From Alphaproteobacteria bacterium (GTDB taxonomy: Bacteria > Pseudomonadota > Alphaproteobacteria > SHVV01), in the NCBI GenBank assembly GCA_965261735.1, contig OZ253470.1, positions 32,001-96,000 on the forward strand: 64,000 bases of DNA. Reading direction: 5' to 3'. The notes under the pieces were generated by a model that saw nothing but the letters and a program-made list of their open reading frames with translations, did no database searches and had not been told where the DNA came from. The position numbers and the translations under genes are program-made. Below, in pieces: positions 8,870 through 18,902 of this stretch (positions are counted from its first letter, which is position 1; the number at the start of each line of letters is the position of its first letter).

Positions 8870-10354
8870 TCACACGATCTGGGCCTTGAGGCGCGTCAGC
8901 ACGGTGGGGAGTGTTTCGTCCAAGTCCTCGGCGATGAGGCCCGGCCCAACCTCGGCGGCTGCGGCGCCGTGCAGCCATGCGGCGGCGCACCCGGCCTCGA
9001 AGGCCGCCATTCCCTGGGCCATCAGCCCAAGCGCCATGCCGGCGAGCACATCGCCGGCGCCCGCGGTGGCGAGTTCCGGAGGCGCGTTGGCGTTGATCGC
9101 CGCGCGACCATCCGGATGCGCGATCACGGTGTCGGCCCCCTTCAGCAGCACAGCGGCACCGGCGGTCCTGGCCGCGGCGCGCGCGCGGTCAACCTTACTG
9201 CCCTCGATATCCGGGAAGAGGCGGCCAAACTCGCCTTCATGCGGGGTCAACAGGCAGGGTGAGGCGATGGCCGCGAACAGGCGCTCCGGCGCGTCGGCGA
9301 AGACCGTCAGCGCGTCGGCATCGAGCACGCAAAGCTTGCCCATGTCGAGCGCCGCGAGAACATGGGCGCGCGTCGCCTCGGTAACGCCGTTGCCAGGACC
9401 GAGCAGCACCGCGTTGCGGCGCTCATCGCTGATCTGGTCGCGGAACCCCTCGGCGTCGGCGAAAATCGCGCACATCACGGCCGTGAGTTGGCTCGCGTTG
9501 ATGGCGAGCGAGTCGGGTGGCCCGACCACCGTGACCAGGCCAGCACCGCAACGCAGGGCCGCGCGCGCCGCGAGCCGCGCCGCACCCGTGCGCCCAGGCC
9601 CGCCGCTGACGACGGTGGCGTGGCCGCGGGTGTATTTGTGGCTATCGAGCGCGGGCCAGGGAAACGCGTGGCCCCACAGTTCGGGGGTGTTACGAAACAG
9701 GGCCGGCGCGATAGGCGCCAGGGCGGAATCGGGGATGCCGATGTCGATGACCGTGACCTCGCCAGCATGCAGGCGCCCCGGCAGCAGCAGGTGTCCCGGC
9801 TTCATGCGGAAGAAGGTCGCGGTGAGGGCCGCGCGGGGCGCGTCGCCGAGAACGGCACCGGTATCTCCGTGCACGCCGCTCGGGATATCGATGGCCACGA
9901 TCGGTGTACCCAGGGCGTTCGCCGCCTCGATTGTCGCCCGTGCGGCACCGGTGACCTCGCGCGTGAGCCCGGCCCCGAACAGACCATCGACCACGAGGCC
10001 GCAACCCGTCACGGCCTGTGGCGTCAGCGCATCGACCGGACCCTCCCAGCGCCGGGCCATCAGGGTAACATCGCCCTCGATGTGGTCCCTGTCCCCGGTG
10101 AGCGCGACGCGCACGTCGTACCCCGCATCGGCCAGATGGCGGGCAACGACAAAGCCGTCACCGCCATTGTTGCCGGGGCCGCACAGGACGACGGTCCGGC
10201 ACGCCGCCCACCGCCGGGTGATCTCCCGGGCGGTGCCGGCGCCCGCGTTCTCCATCAGGACCTCGCCCGGCACCCCGCCGGCGATGGCGGCGCGGTCGGC
10301 CGCCGCCATCTCTGCCACACGCAGCAGTGCCTGGCGGTAGGGCGATTGGGTCAC
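8870..10354 (-). CDS. nnr: bifunctional NAD(P)H-hydrate epimerase/dehydratase
   Basis: LMENAG, CGPGNNGGDG, DIPSG (YjeF_N); HKYTRG, VLDADAL, TPHEGEF, LATAGAGDVLAG (YjeF_C). GTG start at 10354 overlaps the upstream stop. Confidence 0.93.
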   Translation of the reverse strand: MTQSPYRQALLRVAEMAAADRAAIAGGVPGEVLMENAGAGTAREITRRWAACRTVVLCGPGNNGGDGFVVARHLADAGYDVRVALTGDRDHIEGDVTLMARRWEGPVDALTPQAVTGCGLVVDGLFGAGLTREVTGAARATIEAANALGTPIVAIDIPSGVHGDTGAVLGDAPRAALTATFFRMKPGHLLLPGRLHAGEVTVIDIGIPDSALAPIAPALFRNTPELWGHAFPWPALDSHKYTRGHATVVSGGPGRTGAARLAARAALRCGAGLVTVVGPPDSLAINASQLTAVMCAIFADAEGFRDQISDERRNAVLLGPGNGVTEATRAHVLAALDMGKLCVLDADALTVFADAPERLFAAIASPCLLTPHEGEFGRLFPDIEGSKVDRARAAARTAGAAVLLKGADTVIAHPDGRAAINANAPPELATAGAGDVLAGMALGLMAQGMAAFEAGCAAAWLHGAAAAEVGPGLIAEDLDETLPTVLTRLKAQIV

Positions 10355-11061
10355 GGGCGGGTGAGCGCCGGCGCCCTCGCCTCGCGATAAAGCCACAGGC
10401 GCATGACCTGAGTGAATTCGTAGGCGCCTTCGGCCCGGCCGGTGGCAAACTTCTCCCTCACCTCCGGCGTATCGATACGTGCCATGTCGGTCTCGCGGAA
10501 GGTCACCGCCCGTTGGCCGTCGAGGAACGTCTCGAAATCCGCGAACGACACCCCTAATTGATAGCGATACTCGGCGAGGTCGGTGAAGCTCGGGGCGATC
10601 CGCTCAAGGGCCGTGATCGCCATCCGGCGCGCCTCGGACTCATCGTTAAAGAGGCGGCTAAATTCGTGGAAGGAGCCCTCGAGGCCCGGTTCGATAATGC
10701 AGAGAAAACCGCCGCCGGGCTTGAGGAGGCGCCGCGCCTCGGCGAGAGTGGAGTCCATCAAGGGTGGCGGTACGTGGTGCAACGATCGGCTGAAGAAGAC
10801 GCCGTCCACGCTGGCCGAATCGACAGGAATCGAATCGCCGGGCGCCTCGACGAAGGTCACTCCGGAACCGGGCGCGTCCCTGTTCTTGGCGGCTTGGAGG
10901 GGGTCGGGTTCGACGCCCGTCACGGTCGCGCCCTGCTCGGCGAGCCACCGGCACAGGCGACCGGCGCCGCAGCCCACGTCGACGAGGTCGAGGCCATCGA
11001 GCGCAAGGAGGCGGGCAAGGACGGCGTTGTCCGTCGTCTCGTTGAGTGAGATCGCTGCCAT
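10351..11061 (-). CDS. class I SAM-dependent methyltransferase
   Basis: C-terminal 236 aa of ORF 10351..12672 from MAAISLNE; VDVGCGAG motif I, SVDGVFFSRSLHH, RLLKPGG. Confidence 0.85.
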   Translation of the reverse strand: MAAISLNETTDNAVLARLLALDGLDLVDVGCGAGRLCRWLAEQGATVTGVEPDPLQAAKNRDAPGSGVTFVEAPGDSIPVDSASVDGVFFSRSLHHVPPPLMDSTLAEARRLLKPGGGFLCIIEPGLEGSFHEFSRLFNDESEARRMAITALERIAPSFTDLAEYRYQLGVSFADFETFLDGQRAVTFRETDMARIDTPEVREKFATGRAEGAYEFTQVMRLWLYREARAPALTRP

Positions 11062-11159
11062 CCGTCCATCCGGCGTCGGATCGCTCTGCCGGGCATGATT
11101 ACCGCGACCTCCGCACCATAGCACGAGGTCATGCGGCCGTGCGACCGCGCCGGCGGCAA

Positions 11160-12557
11160 CTAGAGGGGCGGGTGCCGCTCGGCCCACGGGTGGACCGCCT
11201 CGAAGGCGCGGGCCGCGCGGAAGACGAGCGCTTCCCCATAAAGCGGGCCGATGATCTGGAGGCCGACCGGAAGACCCGCGGCGGTGAAGCCGCAGGGTAC
11301 CGTCGCCGCCGGGTGGCGGGTGAGGTTGAAGGGATAGGTGAAGGGCGTCCAGGCCATCCAGTCGATCTCCTCGTCCCCGTTCGGCGTGAGCTGGCCGACG
11401 GCAAAGGGCGGCACCGCGAGGGTCGGCGTGAGCAGGAGATCGTATTGCGTGAGGAACTGGTTCAGGGTCATCCCGAGACTGACCCGCGCTGTGCCCGCCT
11501 CGACCAGGTCCATCACGGCGAATTCGGCACCGAGCCGCGCCGTCTCGACGAGGCCGGGCTCCATCAGCGCCACCTGCTCGGGCGTGAACATTCGCACCAG
11601 CCCGGCGGCGCCGGTGCACCAGTGGGCCCAGAAGATGGGTGTCGGGTCGGCGATGTCGGGGTCGGTGTCCACGACCTCGGCACCCGATCCGGCAAAGGCA
11701 CGGGCGGCGCCGGCGACCAGGTCGGCGACCTCGGGATCGACGTCGGCGTAACCGAGCGTCGCGCTGAAGGCTATCTTGAGCCCGCGGACGCCTGACTCGA
11801 GCACCGCCATCTCGCCAACCCCGTCGTCGGGGAGCGCGTACCAGTCGCGTGCGTCCCAGCCCTTGAGCACCGAGAACATGAGCGCGCCGTCCGCCGCCGT
11901 GCGCGCGATCGGTCCGGTGTTGGCGAGCGAGCTGAACGGGCTGGGCGGGTAGACCGGAACCCGGCCATGGGTGCCCTTGATGCCGAACAGACCGCTGAAG
12001 GAACATGGGATGCGGATGGAGCCGCCACCGTCGGTGCCGAGCGCGAGTGGGCCCATGCCGGCGGCCACCGCCGCCGCCCCGCCCCCACTCGAGCCACCCG
12101 GTGTGAGCTCCGGGTTCCAGGGGTTGCGCGTGATACCGAAGAGGGCGCTGTCGGTGACGCCCTTCCAGCCATACTCCGGCGTATTGGTCTTGCCGAGCAG
12201 GACGGCGCCATGGGCCTTCAGGCGCTCGACGGCCGGTGCGTCCTCGCTCGCCTGCTCGTCCGCGGCGCTCGTCCGCGAGCCGCGCCTCCACGGCCATCCC
12301 GCCACGGGGATAGTGTCCTTGATCGAGATCGGCACGCCGTCGAGCCGGCCCACTGGCTCGGCCCTCATCCAGCGCGCTTCCGAGGCGCGCGCCGCAGCCA
12401 TGGCGGCGTCGCCATCGACGTGGCAGAACGCGTTGAGCTTGGGGTCGTGGGCTTCGATACGCCCCAGCGCCGCGCTTACCGCATCCACGGGCGAGAGGCG
12501 CTTGGCCCGGAAACCCTCGATCAGGTCTACCGCGGAGAGATAGGCCGTGTCGGACAT
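11160..12557 (-). CDS. amidase (amidase-signature family)
   Basis: LDGVPISIKD, GKTNTPEYG, TPGGSSGG, LGTDGGGSIRIP. Start at MSDTAY. Confidence 0.93.
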   Translation of the reverse strand: MSDTAYLSAVDLIEGFRAKRLSPVDAVSAALGRIEAHDPKLNAFCHVDGDAAMAAARASEARWMRAEPVGRLDGVPISIKDTIPVAGWPWRRGSRTSAADEQASEDAPAVERLKAHGAVLLGKTNTPEYGWKGVTDSALFGITRNPWNPELTPGGSSGGGAAAVAAGMGPLALGTDGGGSIRIPCSFSGLFGIKGTHGRVPVYPPSPFSSLANTGPIARTAADGALMFSVLKGWDARDWYALPDDGVGEMAVLESGVRGLKIAFSATLGYADVDPEVADLVAGAARAFAGSGAEVVDTDPDIADPTPIFWAHWCTGAAGLVRMFTPEQVALMEPGLVETARLGAEFAVMDLVEAGTARVSLGMTLNQFLTQYDLLLTPTLAVPPFAVGQLTPNGDEEIDWMAWTPFTYPFNLTRHPAATVPCGFTAAGLPVGLQIIGPLYGEALVFRAARAFEAVHPWAERHPPL

Positions 12558-12661
12558 GCGCGCCCCCTGATGCTCGACGAAAGCCGGATATATAATGATC
12601 TTCGCCGCTCGCGCGCGCTCGCGCAACGGCGTCGCGGCTCATCGCGGAATCGGGGTTTGAA

Positions 12662-13918
12662 TTGAAGATCATCGTGCTCGGCGGCGGCGTGATCGGCGTG
12701 ACCAGCGCCTATTATCTGGCGCGCGCGGGTCACGAGGTGCGCCTGATCGAGCGCCGCGACTCGTGCGGGCTGGAGACCAGCTTTGCCAACGGCGGCCAGA
12801 TCTCCGCCGGCCACGCCGCCCCCTGGGCGAGCCCGGAGGCGCCGCTCGAGCTGCTGCGCTCGCTCGGCCGCGAGGACGCGCCGCTCATCTTCCGGCTCAA
12901 GGCCGACCCGCGCATGTGGGCCTGGGGCCTTCGCTTCCTGCGCAACTGCACGGCCCGCCGTCATGCCGCCAACAGGGGCCGCATGCTGAGGTTGGGCGCC
13001 TACAGCCGGCAAGCGCTCGTCGAGCTGCGGCAGGAGGTCGACCTCGACTACGACGCGCAGGCCCGAGGTATCCTCAATATCTTCCGCGATGAGCGCGGCT
13101 TCGCCGATGCGGCGGGGCACGCGGCCGGCGCCCAAGCCGAGGGCGGCCACATCGAGGTGGCCGACGCGGACCGTTGCCGTGAGATCGAGCCGGCCCTCGA
13201 GGGCAGCCCAGCCGCCATCACCGGGGGAATCTACTATCCCGACGACGAGAGCGGCGATGCCTACAAGTTTACCGACGGGCTCGCGCAGGTCTGCGCCGGC
13301 TTAGGGGTCAACTTCGCCTACGCCACCGCCGTCAACGGTTTGACGGCGAACGGCGGGAGGATCATGGGCGTCGACACCAGCGCCGGTCCTATGTCTGCAG
13401 ACCTCTACGTGATGGCGCTCGGCAGCTACAGCGCGCGGCTCGCCGCCCCCTTGGGGGTCAGGCTGCCGATCTATCCGGTCAAGGGCTACTCGGCAACCTT
13501 GCCACTCAGGGGCCACAACCGTGCGCCCTTGGTCAGCGTTATCGACGCCGAGCGCATGGTCGTCGTCGGCCGCCTCGGCGATCGCCTGCGCGTTGCCGGC
13601 ACCGCCGAAATCGCAGGCTACGATCTCACTCTCAACCCGGTGCGCGCGCGCGCCGTGCTCGATGCTGCGTTGAGCATCTTTCCGGCTGCCGGGGACGCCG
13701 CGGATGCCGAGTATTGGACAGGGCTCAGGCCGATGACGGCGGACGGGCCACCGATCATCGGAGCGACACGCTACGCCAACCTCTTCCTCAACACCGGCCA
13801 CGGGTCGCTGGGCTGGACCATGGCCTGCGGCTCGGCCCTCATCCTCGCCGATCTCGTCGCCGGTCATCGCCCCGCGATCGACTTCGACGGGCTGACGCTC
13901 GATCGGTATCGGCAATGA
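12662..13918 (+). CDS. dadA: D-amino acid dehydrogenase
   Basis: GGGVIG FAD motif, ETSFANGGQIS, IYPVKGYS, WTGLRPMTADG, LNTGHGSLGWTMACGS. TTG start. Confidence 0.9.
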   Translation: MKIIVLGGGVIGVTSAYYLARAGHEVRLIERRDSCGLETSFANGGQISAGHAAPWASPEAPLELLRSLGREDAPLIFRLKADPRMWAWGLRFLRNCTARRHAANRGRMLRLGAYSRQALVELRQEVDLDYDAQARGILNIFRDERGFADAAGHAAGAQAEGGHIEVADADRCREIEPALEGSPAAITGGIYYPDDESGDAYKFTDGLAQVCAGLGVNFAYATAVNGLTANGGRIMGVDTSAGPMSADLYVMALGSYSARLAAPLGVRLPIYPVKGYSATLPLRGHNRAPLVSVIDAERMVVVGRLGDRLRVAGTAEIAGYDLTLNPVRARAVLDAALSIFPAAGDAADAEYWTGLRPMTADGPPIIGATRYANLFLNTGHGSLGWTMACGSALILADLVAGHRPAIDFDGLTLDRYRQ

Positions 13919-14160
13919 GCACGCGATCGTGCCCACGTACCAATGCCATCGCTGCCATGGCAGTCATATGCGTCGTCCTCGCGAGCACCGGCCTCGGCGG
14001 CTGTGCGTGGGAGCCCCTGCGCGACGAGTATCTGGGCAAGAGCGTGGTCCAGCCGGCCAAGGTCAGCCAGCCGATGCGGCGGGATGCCTACGGCAATCCC
14101 ATCCTCGACGGGACCGAGGACACAACGTGGTCGGGCTCGGGGTGGCCGTCGATCTGGTAG
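13915..14160 (+). CDS. small putative lipoprotein
   Basis: ATG overlaps the dadA stop (ATGA). Hydrophobic signal followed by lipobox LGGC; 81 aa. Confidence 0.5.
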   Translation: MSTRSCPRTNAIAAMAVICVVLASTGLGGCAWEPLRDEYLGKSVVQPAKVSQPMRRDAYGNPILDGTEDTTWSGSGWPSIW

Positions 14161-14165
14161 CGGCG

Positions 14166-15263
14166 CTATAGATTGAAGACGCGGACGGCGTTCTCGCCGA
14201 CCAGCTTGCGCTGATCCGCGGGCTCGAAATCGGCGAACATTTGTCCGACCCGGCTCTGCGTATCGAGACCAATCGAACGAATGTGGGGGAAGTCCGAACC
14301 CCACAGGACCTGGTCGGTGCCGATATGGCGGATGGCTTGTGCCCCGTAGGCATCATCGATCATGCCGTGCCAGACGCGCGTGCGCATGTAGTCACTGGCC
14401 AGCATGTCGAGCTTGGGTAGCGGTAGCCGCGCGGCCATGGACACCTGCATCTGGTCGAGCCGCCACATGAATGGCGGAATCCAGGAGATTTCGAACTCGC
14501 CGCAGAGCAGCTTGAGGCTGGGGAAGCGATCGAGAATCTTGCCGAAAATGAACTCGTTGGCGAGCACCCCCATGACCTCGTACATCATCTCGACCTGGGT
14601 CTTGGGCGTGGTTGATTGCTCCTCGCGCGTATGAAAGTGAAGTGGATCGGGCACCCGGCCAGTGATGATGTGGAGCTGCACGGGCATGCCGATTTCCTGA
14701 GCCCGCGCCCAGAACGGATCATAGGCCGCGTTCTGATAGGGTGGGCAACCCGGCGGCGAGTACAGGTGAATGTTGACGCACTTGAAGCCCTTTGCGGCGC
14801 AGCGCTCTAGCTCCTTCACCGCCCAGTCCACATCGTCCATGGGGATCATGCCGATGCCGACCAGCCGCTCCGCGTCGTAGCCCGCGAACTCCCCGAGCCA
14901 GTCGTTGAAGACGGCGGCGCAGGCGCGCAGGCAGTCGTAGTCGGGATGGCGCATGATCAGCAGCATGAACGTGGCGTTGAGCAGCTCCGCCGCAACGCCC
15001 GCGCGCTCCTGGAATCGTACCCGCACCTCGGGCACGTACCCGGCCTCCTGCATGCCGATGTCCTGGGCGGACGCATCGCCCTGGCCGTAATGCATGACCT
15101 GGCCGCCGGTATAGAAGTAGCTGCCCTTCTCGCCGCGGTGCTCGTCGATCAGCCGCGGGGTCCGATCCCCAAACTTGTCTCCGATCGCCTTGAGCCAAAG
15201 ATCGGGCGGCTCCATGACATGGGAGTCCGCCGAAATGACGCGGTTGACGGGGGAATCGCTCAT
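14166..15263 (-). CDS. amidohydrolase-2 family metalloenzyme, paralog 3 of 3
   Basis: ISADSHVMEP, YDPFWA, VQLHIITG, EFEISW, WGSDFPH. Start at MSDSPV; 365 aa. Confidence 0.9.
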   Translation of the reverse strand: MSDSPVNRVISADSHVMEPPDLWLKAIGDKFGDRTPRLIDEHRGEKGSYFYTGGQVMHYGQGDASAQDIGMQEAGYVPEVRVRFQERAGVAAELLNATFMLLIMRHPDYDCLRACAAVFNDWLGEFAGYDAERLVGIGMIPMDDVDWAVKELERCAAKGFKCVNIHLYSPPGCPPYQNAAYDPFWARAQEIGMPVQLHIITGRVPDPLHFHTREEQSTTPKTQVEMMYEVMGVLANEFIFGKILDRFPSLKLLCGEFEISWIPPFMWRLDQMQVSMAARLPLPKLDMLASDYMRTRVWHGMIDDAYGAQAIRHIGTDQVLWGSDFPHIRSIGLDTQSRVGQMFADFEPADQRKLVGENAVRVFNL

Positions 15264-15267
15264 CGCG

Positions 15268-16365
15268 CTAGTGGATGTCGAAGGCGACCGCGGCGTTGCC
15301 GCCGACGAGCTTTTCCTGGTCGGCACGGTCGAACCTGGCGAACATCTGCCCCACCCGGCTCTGCGTATCGAGGCCGATCGAGCGGACGTGCGGGAAGTCC
15401 GACCCCCATAACACCTGATCGACGCCGATGTGCGGAATTGCGTCCGCGCCATAGTTGTCGTCGATCATGCCGTGCCACATGCGCTGGCAGACGTATTCGC
15501 TGGCCAGTCGGTCGAGCTTCGGCAGCGCCAATCGCGAGGCCATGGCCACCTGCATCTGGTCGAGGCGCCACGCGAAGTTCGGAATCCAGGAGATCTCGAA
15601 CTCGCTGCAGATCACCTTGAGCTGGGGAAAGCGGTCGAGGATCGTGCCAAAGACGAAGTCGTTGGCGAGAACTCCCATGATCTCGTAGTCGAGGTTGAGG
15701 AAGATCCCCGGCGCCTCCGACTTCTCTTCCTCGGTGTAGAGGTGGAACGGGTCCGGTACGCGCCCGGTGCCCGTATGGAGCTGTATCGGCATCCCCATTT
15801 CCTGGGCCCGCGCCCAGAAGGGATCATAGGTTGAGTCGCGGTAGGGCGGACAGCCGGCGGGAGCGTAGAGGTTGATGTTGACGCACTTCATCCCGAGCTT
15901 GGCTGCGCGCTCGAGTTCCTTCAGGGCCCATGCGATATCGTCCATCGGCACCATCGCGACGCCATACAAGCGCGTCGAATCACGGGAAATGAATTCGGCG
16001 AGCCAATCGTTGAAGACGGCCGCGCACGCGCGCAGGCAGGCGTGGTCCTGATGGCGCATGATAAGGAGCATGCGGGTGGCGGTCAGCACTTCCGCCTTGA
16101 TGCCCGCGCGCTTCTGAAAGTCGATACGGACCTCGGGGACCCAGCCCGATTCCTGCATCCCGATTTCCTGTGCCGAGGCATCGCTCTGGCCGACCTTGGT
16201 GGTCTGTCCGCCGGTGAAAAAGAACTTTCCCTTGACGCCGAGGTGCTCGTCGATCAACCGCGGGGTCTGATCGCCGAACTTGTCGCCGATCGCCTTTTGC
16301 CAAAGGTCGGGCGGCTCCATAACGTGGGAATCGGCGGAAATCACGCTGTCGAACGCGCTCGTCAT
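15268..16365 (-). CDS. amidohydrolase-2 family metalloenzyme, paralog 2 of 3
   Basis: ISADSHVMEP, IQLHTGTG, WGSDFPH. Start at MTSAFD; 365 aa. Confidence 0.9.
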   Translation of the reverse strand: MTSAFDSVISADSHVMEPPDLWQKAIGDKFGDQTPRLIDEHLGVKGKFFFTGGQTTKVGQSDASAQEIGMQESGWVPEVRIDFQKRAGIKAEVLTATRMLLIMRHQDHACLRACAAVFNDWLAEFISRDSTRLYGVAMVPMDDIAWALKELERAAKLGMKCVNINLYAPAGCPPYRDSTYDPFWARAQEMGMPIQLHTGTGRVPDPFHLYTEEEKSEAPGIFLNLDYEIMGVLANDFVFGTILDRFPQLKVICSEFEISWIPNFAWRLDQMQVAMASRLALPKLDRLASEYVCQRMWHGMIDDNYGADAIPHIGVDQVLWGSDFPHVRSIGLDTQSRVGQMFARFDRADQEKLVGGNAAVAFDIH

Positions 16366-16400
16366 CGCTCCTGGCCTCCTTGCCCGCCCGCTCCCGAAGG

Positions 16401-17498
16401 CTACAGGCCGAAGGCGGCAATCGCGTTGCCGCCGATGATCTTTTCCTGGTCGGTGCGATCGAGATCGGCGAACAACTGTCCCACCCGGCTCTGGGCATCG
16501 AGCCCGATCGAGCGAATGTGCGGAAAATCGTTGCCCCAAAGGATGCTGTCGACGCCGATATGGGGAATGGCCTCGGCACCATGGGCATCGTCGATCATGC
16601 CGTGCCACATGCGCGTGCGGACATAGTCGCTCGCGCGCATGTCGAGCTTGGGCAGCGGCAGGCGCACTGCAAAGGACTCCTGCATCTGGTCGAGCCGCCA
16701 CATGAACGTGGGCAGCCACGAGATCTCGAACTCGCTGACAATCATCTTGAGTTTGGGAAAACGGTCGAGGATCTTACCGAAGATGAACTCGTTCGCGAGC
16801 ACGCCCATGATCTCATAGAACACCTGGAGCATGACATAGGGCGTGTTGATCCGCTCCTCGGGGGTGTGAAAGAGCAGCGGGTCAGGCGTTTGCCCGGTCA
16901 CGATGTGGAGCTGGATGGGCATGCCCATTTCTTCGGCGCGCGCCCAAAAGGGATCGTAGGCGGAATCCTGATAGGGCGGCCGTCCGGGGCGCGCGTCGAG
17001 GTGAATGTTGGCGCACTTGTGACCGAGCTTGGCCACACGGTCGAGCTCGTTGATCGCCCAGTCGATGTCATCCATCGGGATCATGGCGATGCCGACCAGC
17101 CGGCTGCGGTCGTAGGAAATGAACTCGGCGAGCCAGTCGTTGAACACGGCGGCGCAGGCCTTGAGGCATTCGGCGTCGGGGTGCTGCATGATCAGCAGCA
17201 TGCGCGTCGCCGTCAGCGCCTCGGCCTCGATCTTGGCCTCTTCTTGGAACTTGACCCGGACCTCCGGCACATAGCCCGCCTCCTGCATGCCGATCACTTG
17301 CGCCGAGACGTCGCTCTCGCCCTCCTTCACCACCTGCTTGCCAAAATAGAAGTGCGATCCCTTCTGGCCCAGGTGTTCGTCGATCAATCGCGGCGTCCGA
17401 TCGCCGAAGGTCTTGCTGATGGTGCCTTGCCACAGACCGGCCGGCTCCATGACGTGAGAGTCGGCCGAAATAACGCGGGCAAATCCGTTCTGCTTCAT
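16401..17498 (-). CDS. amidohydrolase-2 family metalloenzyme, paralog 1 of 3
   Basis: ISADSHVMEP, IQLHIVTG, WGNDFPH. Start at MKQNG (AGGA upstream; alternative ATG at 17504); 365 aa. Confidence 0.9.
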   Translation of the reverse strand: MKQNGFARVISADSHVMEPAGLWQGTISKTFGDRTPRLIDEHLGQKGSHFYFGKQVVKEGESDVSAQVIGMQEAGYVPEVRVKFQEEAKIEAEALTATRMLLIMQHPDAECLKACAAVFNDWLAEFISYDRSRLVGIAMIPMDDIDWAINELDRVAKLGHKCANIHLDARPGRPPYQDSAYDPFWARAEEMGMPIQLHIVTGQTPDPLLFHTPEERINTPYVMLQVFYEIMGVLANEFIFGKILDRFPKLKMIVSEFEISWLPTFMWRLDQMQESFAVRLPLPKLDMRASDYVRTRMWHGMIDDAHGAEAIPHIGVDSILWGNDFPHIRSIGLDAQSRVGQLFADLDRTDQEKIIGGNAIAAFGL

Positions 17499-17627
17499 TG
17501 TCATATTCCTGCGCGCCGTCGAGTCCCGGGCCGGGCACGCCAGTCAGGCACCGGGCGCACGGGCGACCGCCCTATTGCGCCGAGTGCCCGGCGGCAGGGC
17601 ATGCGACGGGTTGTCACGGCGCCCGCC

Positions 17628-18635
17628 TCAGGCGAGATACGGCCGCAGTTCGGGGGCCGCTTTACCGATAACGGTTGGGTCGGGGTTGCGATCACAGAAG
17701 AACTCGACCCGCATGCCATCGGGATCGACGACGAATAGGCTCCGCTTCGTCGCGTCGTCGATCTGCTTTTCTATGGTGATGCCCGCCTGGCCGAGCGCGC
17801 CGGCGGACTGTTCGACCGCGGCTTCGCTCGCGAGCTGGAAGCCAATATGGTGGACACTGGCCTTGGTGCCGTTGTTCGCCGCGAGCAGCGCGAGGTCGTA
17901 ACCGCCCGCCGTACCCTGCAGGCACGCATAGCTTCCGTCCGCCGCCTTGTGCGCCGTCGCGAGCCCAGCGATATCATTGTAGAACGCGCATGAGCGATCG
18001 ACCTCATCGACGACGATCGCGGTGTGAGTGATCCGCAGCGGGTGAAGCGGCGCCTCGTCGACGCCGTAGAGCCGCGGATCGAGGTCGTAGCGCGGGTCGT
18101 TGGCCGGGATGACGTCGCTCGGATCCCAGTGGCCCGTAATCAGCTCCATCTCACCATGAAACCAGCCATGCCAGTCCTTCATGATGTCGGCGTAGAACTC
18201 CATCAGGTTGCCGTCGGGATCGGGCATGTAGATGCTATGCGAGATCTGATGATCGACGATCATGGCGATGCTTTCGTCGGCGGCCTGCGCCCGTTTGATC
18301 GCGGAGACGAGTTCGGCCTCATTCTCCATCTCCCACCCGAGGTGGAAGAGTCCGACACGGGTTCCTTCGGTCTTAGGTAGCAGCACCTCGCCATCGCGAC
18401 CGATCCGATCCTTGCCGCGCGTGATCTCCACCATCCCGATGTCGTGATGGGTATTGCCGTTGCCGAGAAAGCTCGCCAAGAGCCCAGGCTCGGTCGCTTC
18501 GATCGTGAGCCCGAACACCTTGTTGTAGAACTCGGTGGTCTTCTGGATGTCGCCAACCCATAGGTTTGCATGCCCTAGGCGGCGGGGCCTGAACATGGCC
18601 GGCTGAGCCGTACCAACTTGTTCTGCCGTGGTCAT
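17628..18635 (-). CDS. two-domain VOC family protein (extradiol/catechol 2,3-dioxygenase-like)
   Basis: RRLGHANL, THHDIG, GLFHLGW, SIYMPDPDGNLMEFY; second module ITH...VHHIGF...DPDGMRVEF. Confidence 0.85.
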   Translation of the reverse strand: MTTAEQVGTAQPAMFRPRRLGHANLWVGDIQKTTEFYNKVFGLTIEATEPGLLASFLGNGNTHHDIGMVEITRGKDRIGRDGEVLLPKTEGTRVGLFHLGWEMENEAELVSAIKRAQAADESIAMIVDHQISHSIYMPDPDGNLMEFYADIMKDWHGWFHGEMELITGHWDPSDVIPANDPRYDLDPRLYGVDEAPLHPLRITHTAIVVDEVDRSCAFYNDIAGLATAHKAADGSYACLQGTAGGYDLALLAANNGTKASVHHIGFQLASEAAVEQSAGALGQAGITIEKQIDDATKRSLFVVDPDGMRVEFFCDRNPDPTVIGKAAPELRPYLA

Positions 18636-18902
18636 CGCCTTTCCTCCGGATAACGAGCCCGACGTGCGGAATTCGCGGCGCCGAATGTTGCGTGGCGGGG
18701 GCGGCCATTAGGACTGCCGCCGCTAGAGCCCGCGCCTCAAATCCCCGCTCTAGATGGCGTCTGCTTACTATAGCTGACCCTCACGCGGGCCGCAATGGAC
18801 CGATCTTTCGAGTTGCCACCCGCTTGCTTGAGGGCCGCGCGATTAGCCGCTATAACCGGCGCATCGGCTTGGGCCGGTGTATCAAGAACAAAGGATGCAG
18901 GG

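Noticed and set aside
10351-12672. 773-aa ORF suggesting a large methyltransferase fusion
   Set aside because: The N-terminal ~540 aa is Arg/Gly/Ala-rich off-frame read-through of the amidase gene; only 10351-11061 looks real.
14153-14160. tctggtag matches the sequence at the tRNA-Lys 3' end (52460-52467) and sits at the left edge of the catabolic block; possible att remnant
   Set aside because: Only 8 bp, includes bases outside the tRNA, diverges immediately afterwards, and no integrase is present; compatible with chance.
17505-17627. GC-rich nested inverted repeats between the VOC and amidohydrolase genes; possible riboswitch or ncRNA
   Set aside because: No recognisable family motif, and such stems are expected at this GC content; needs an Rfam/covariation search.
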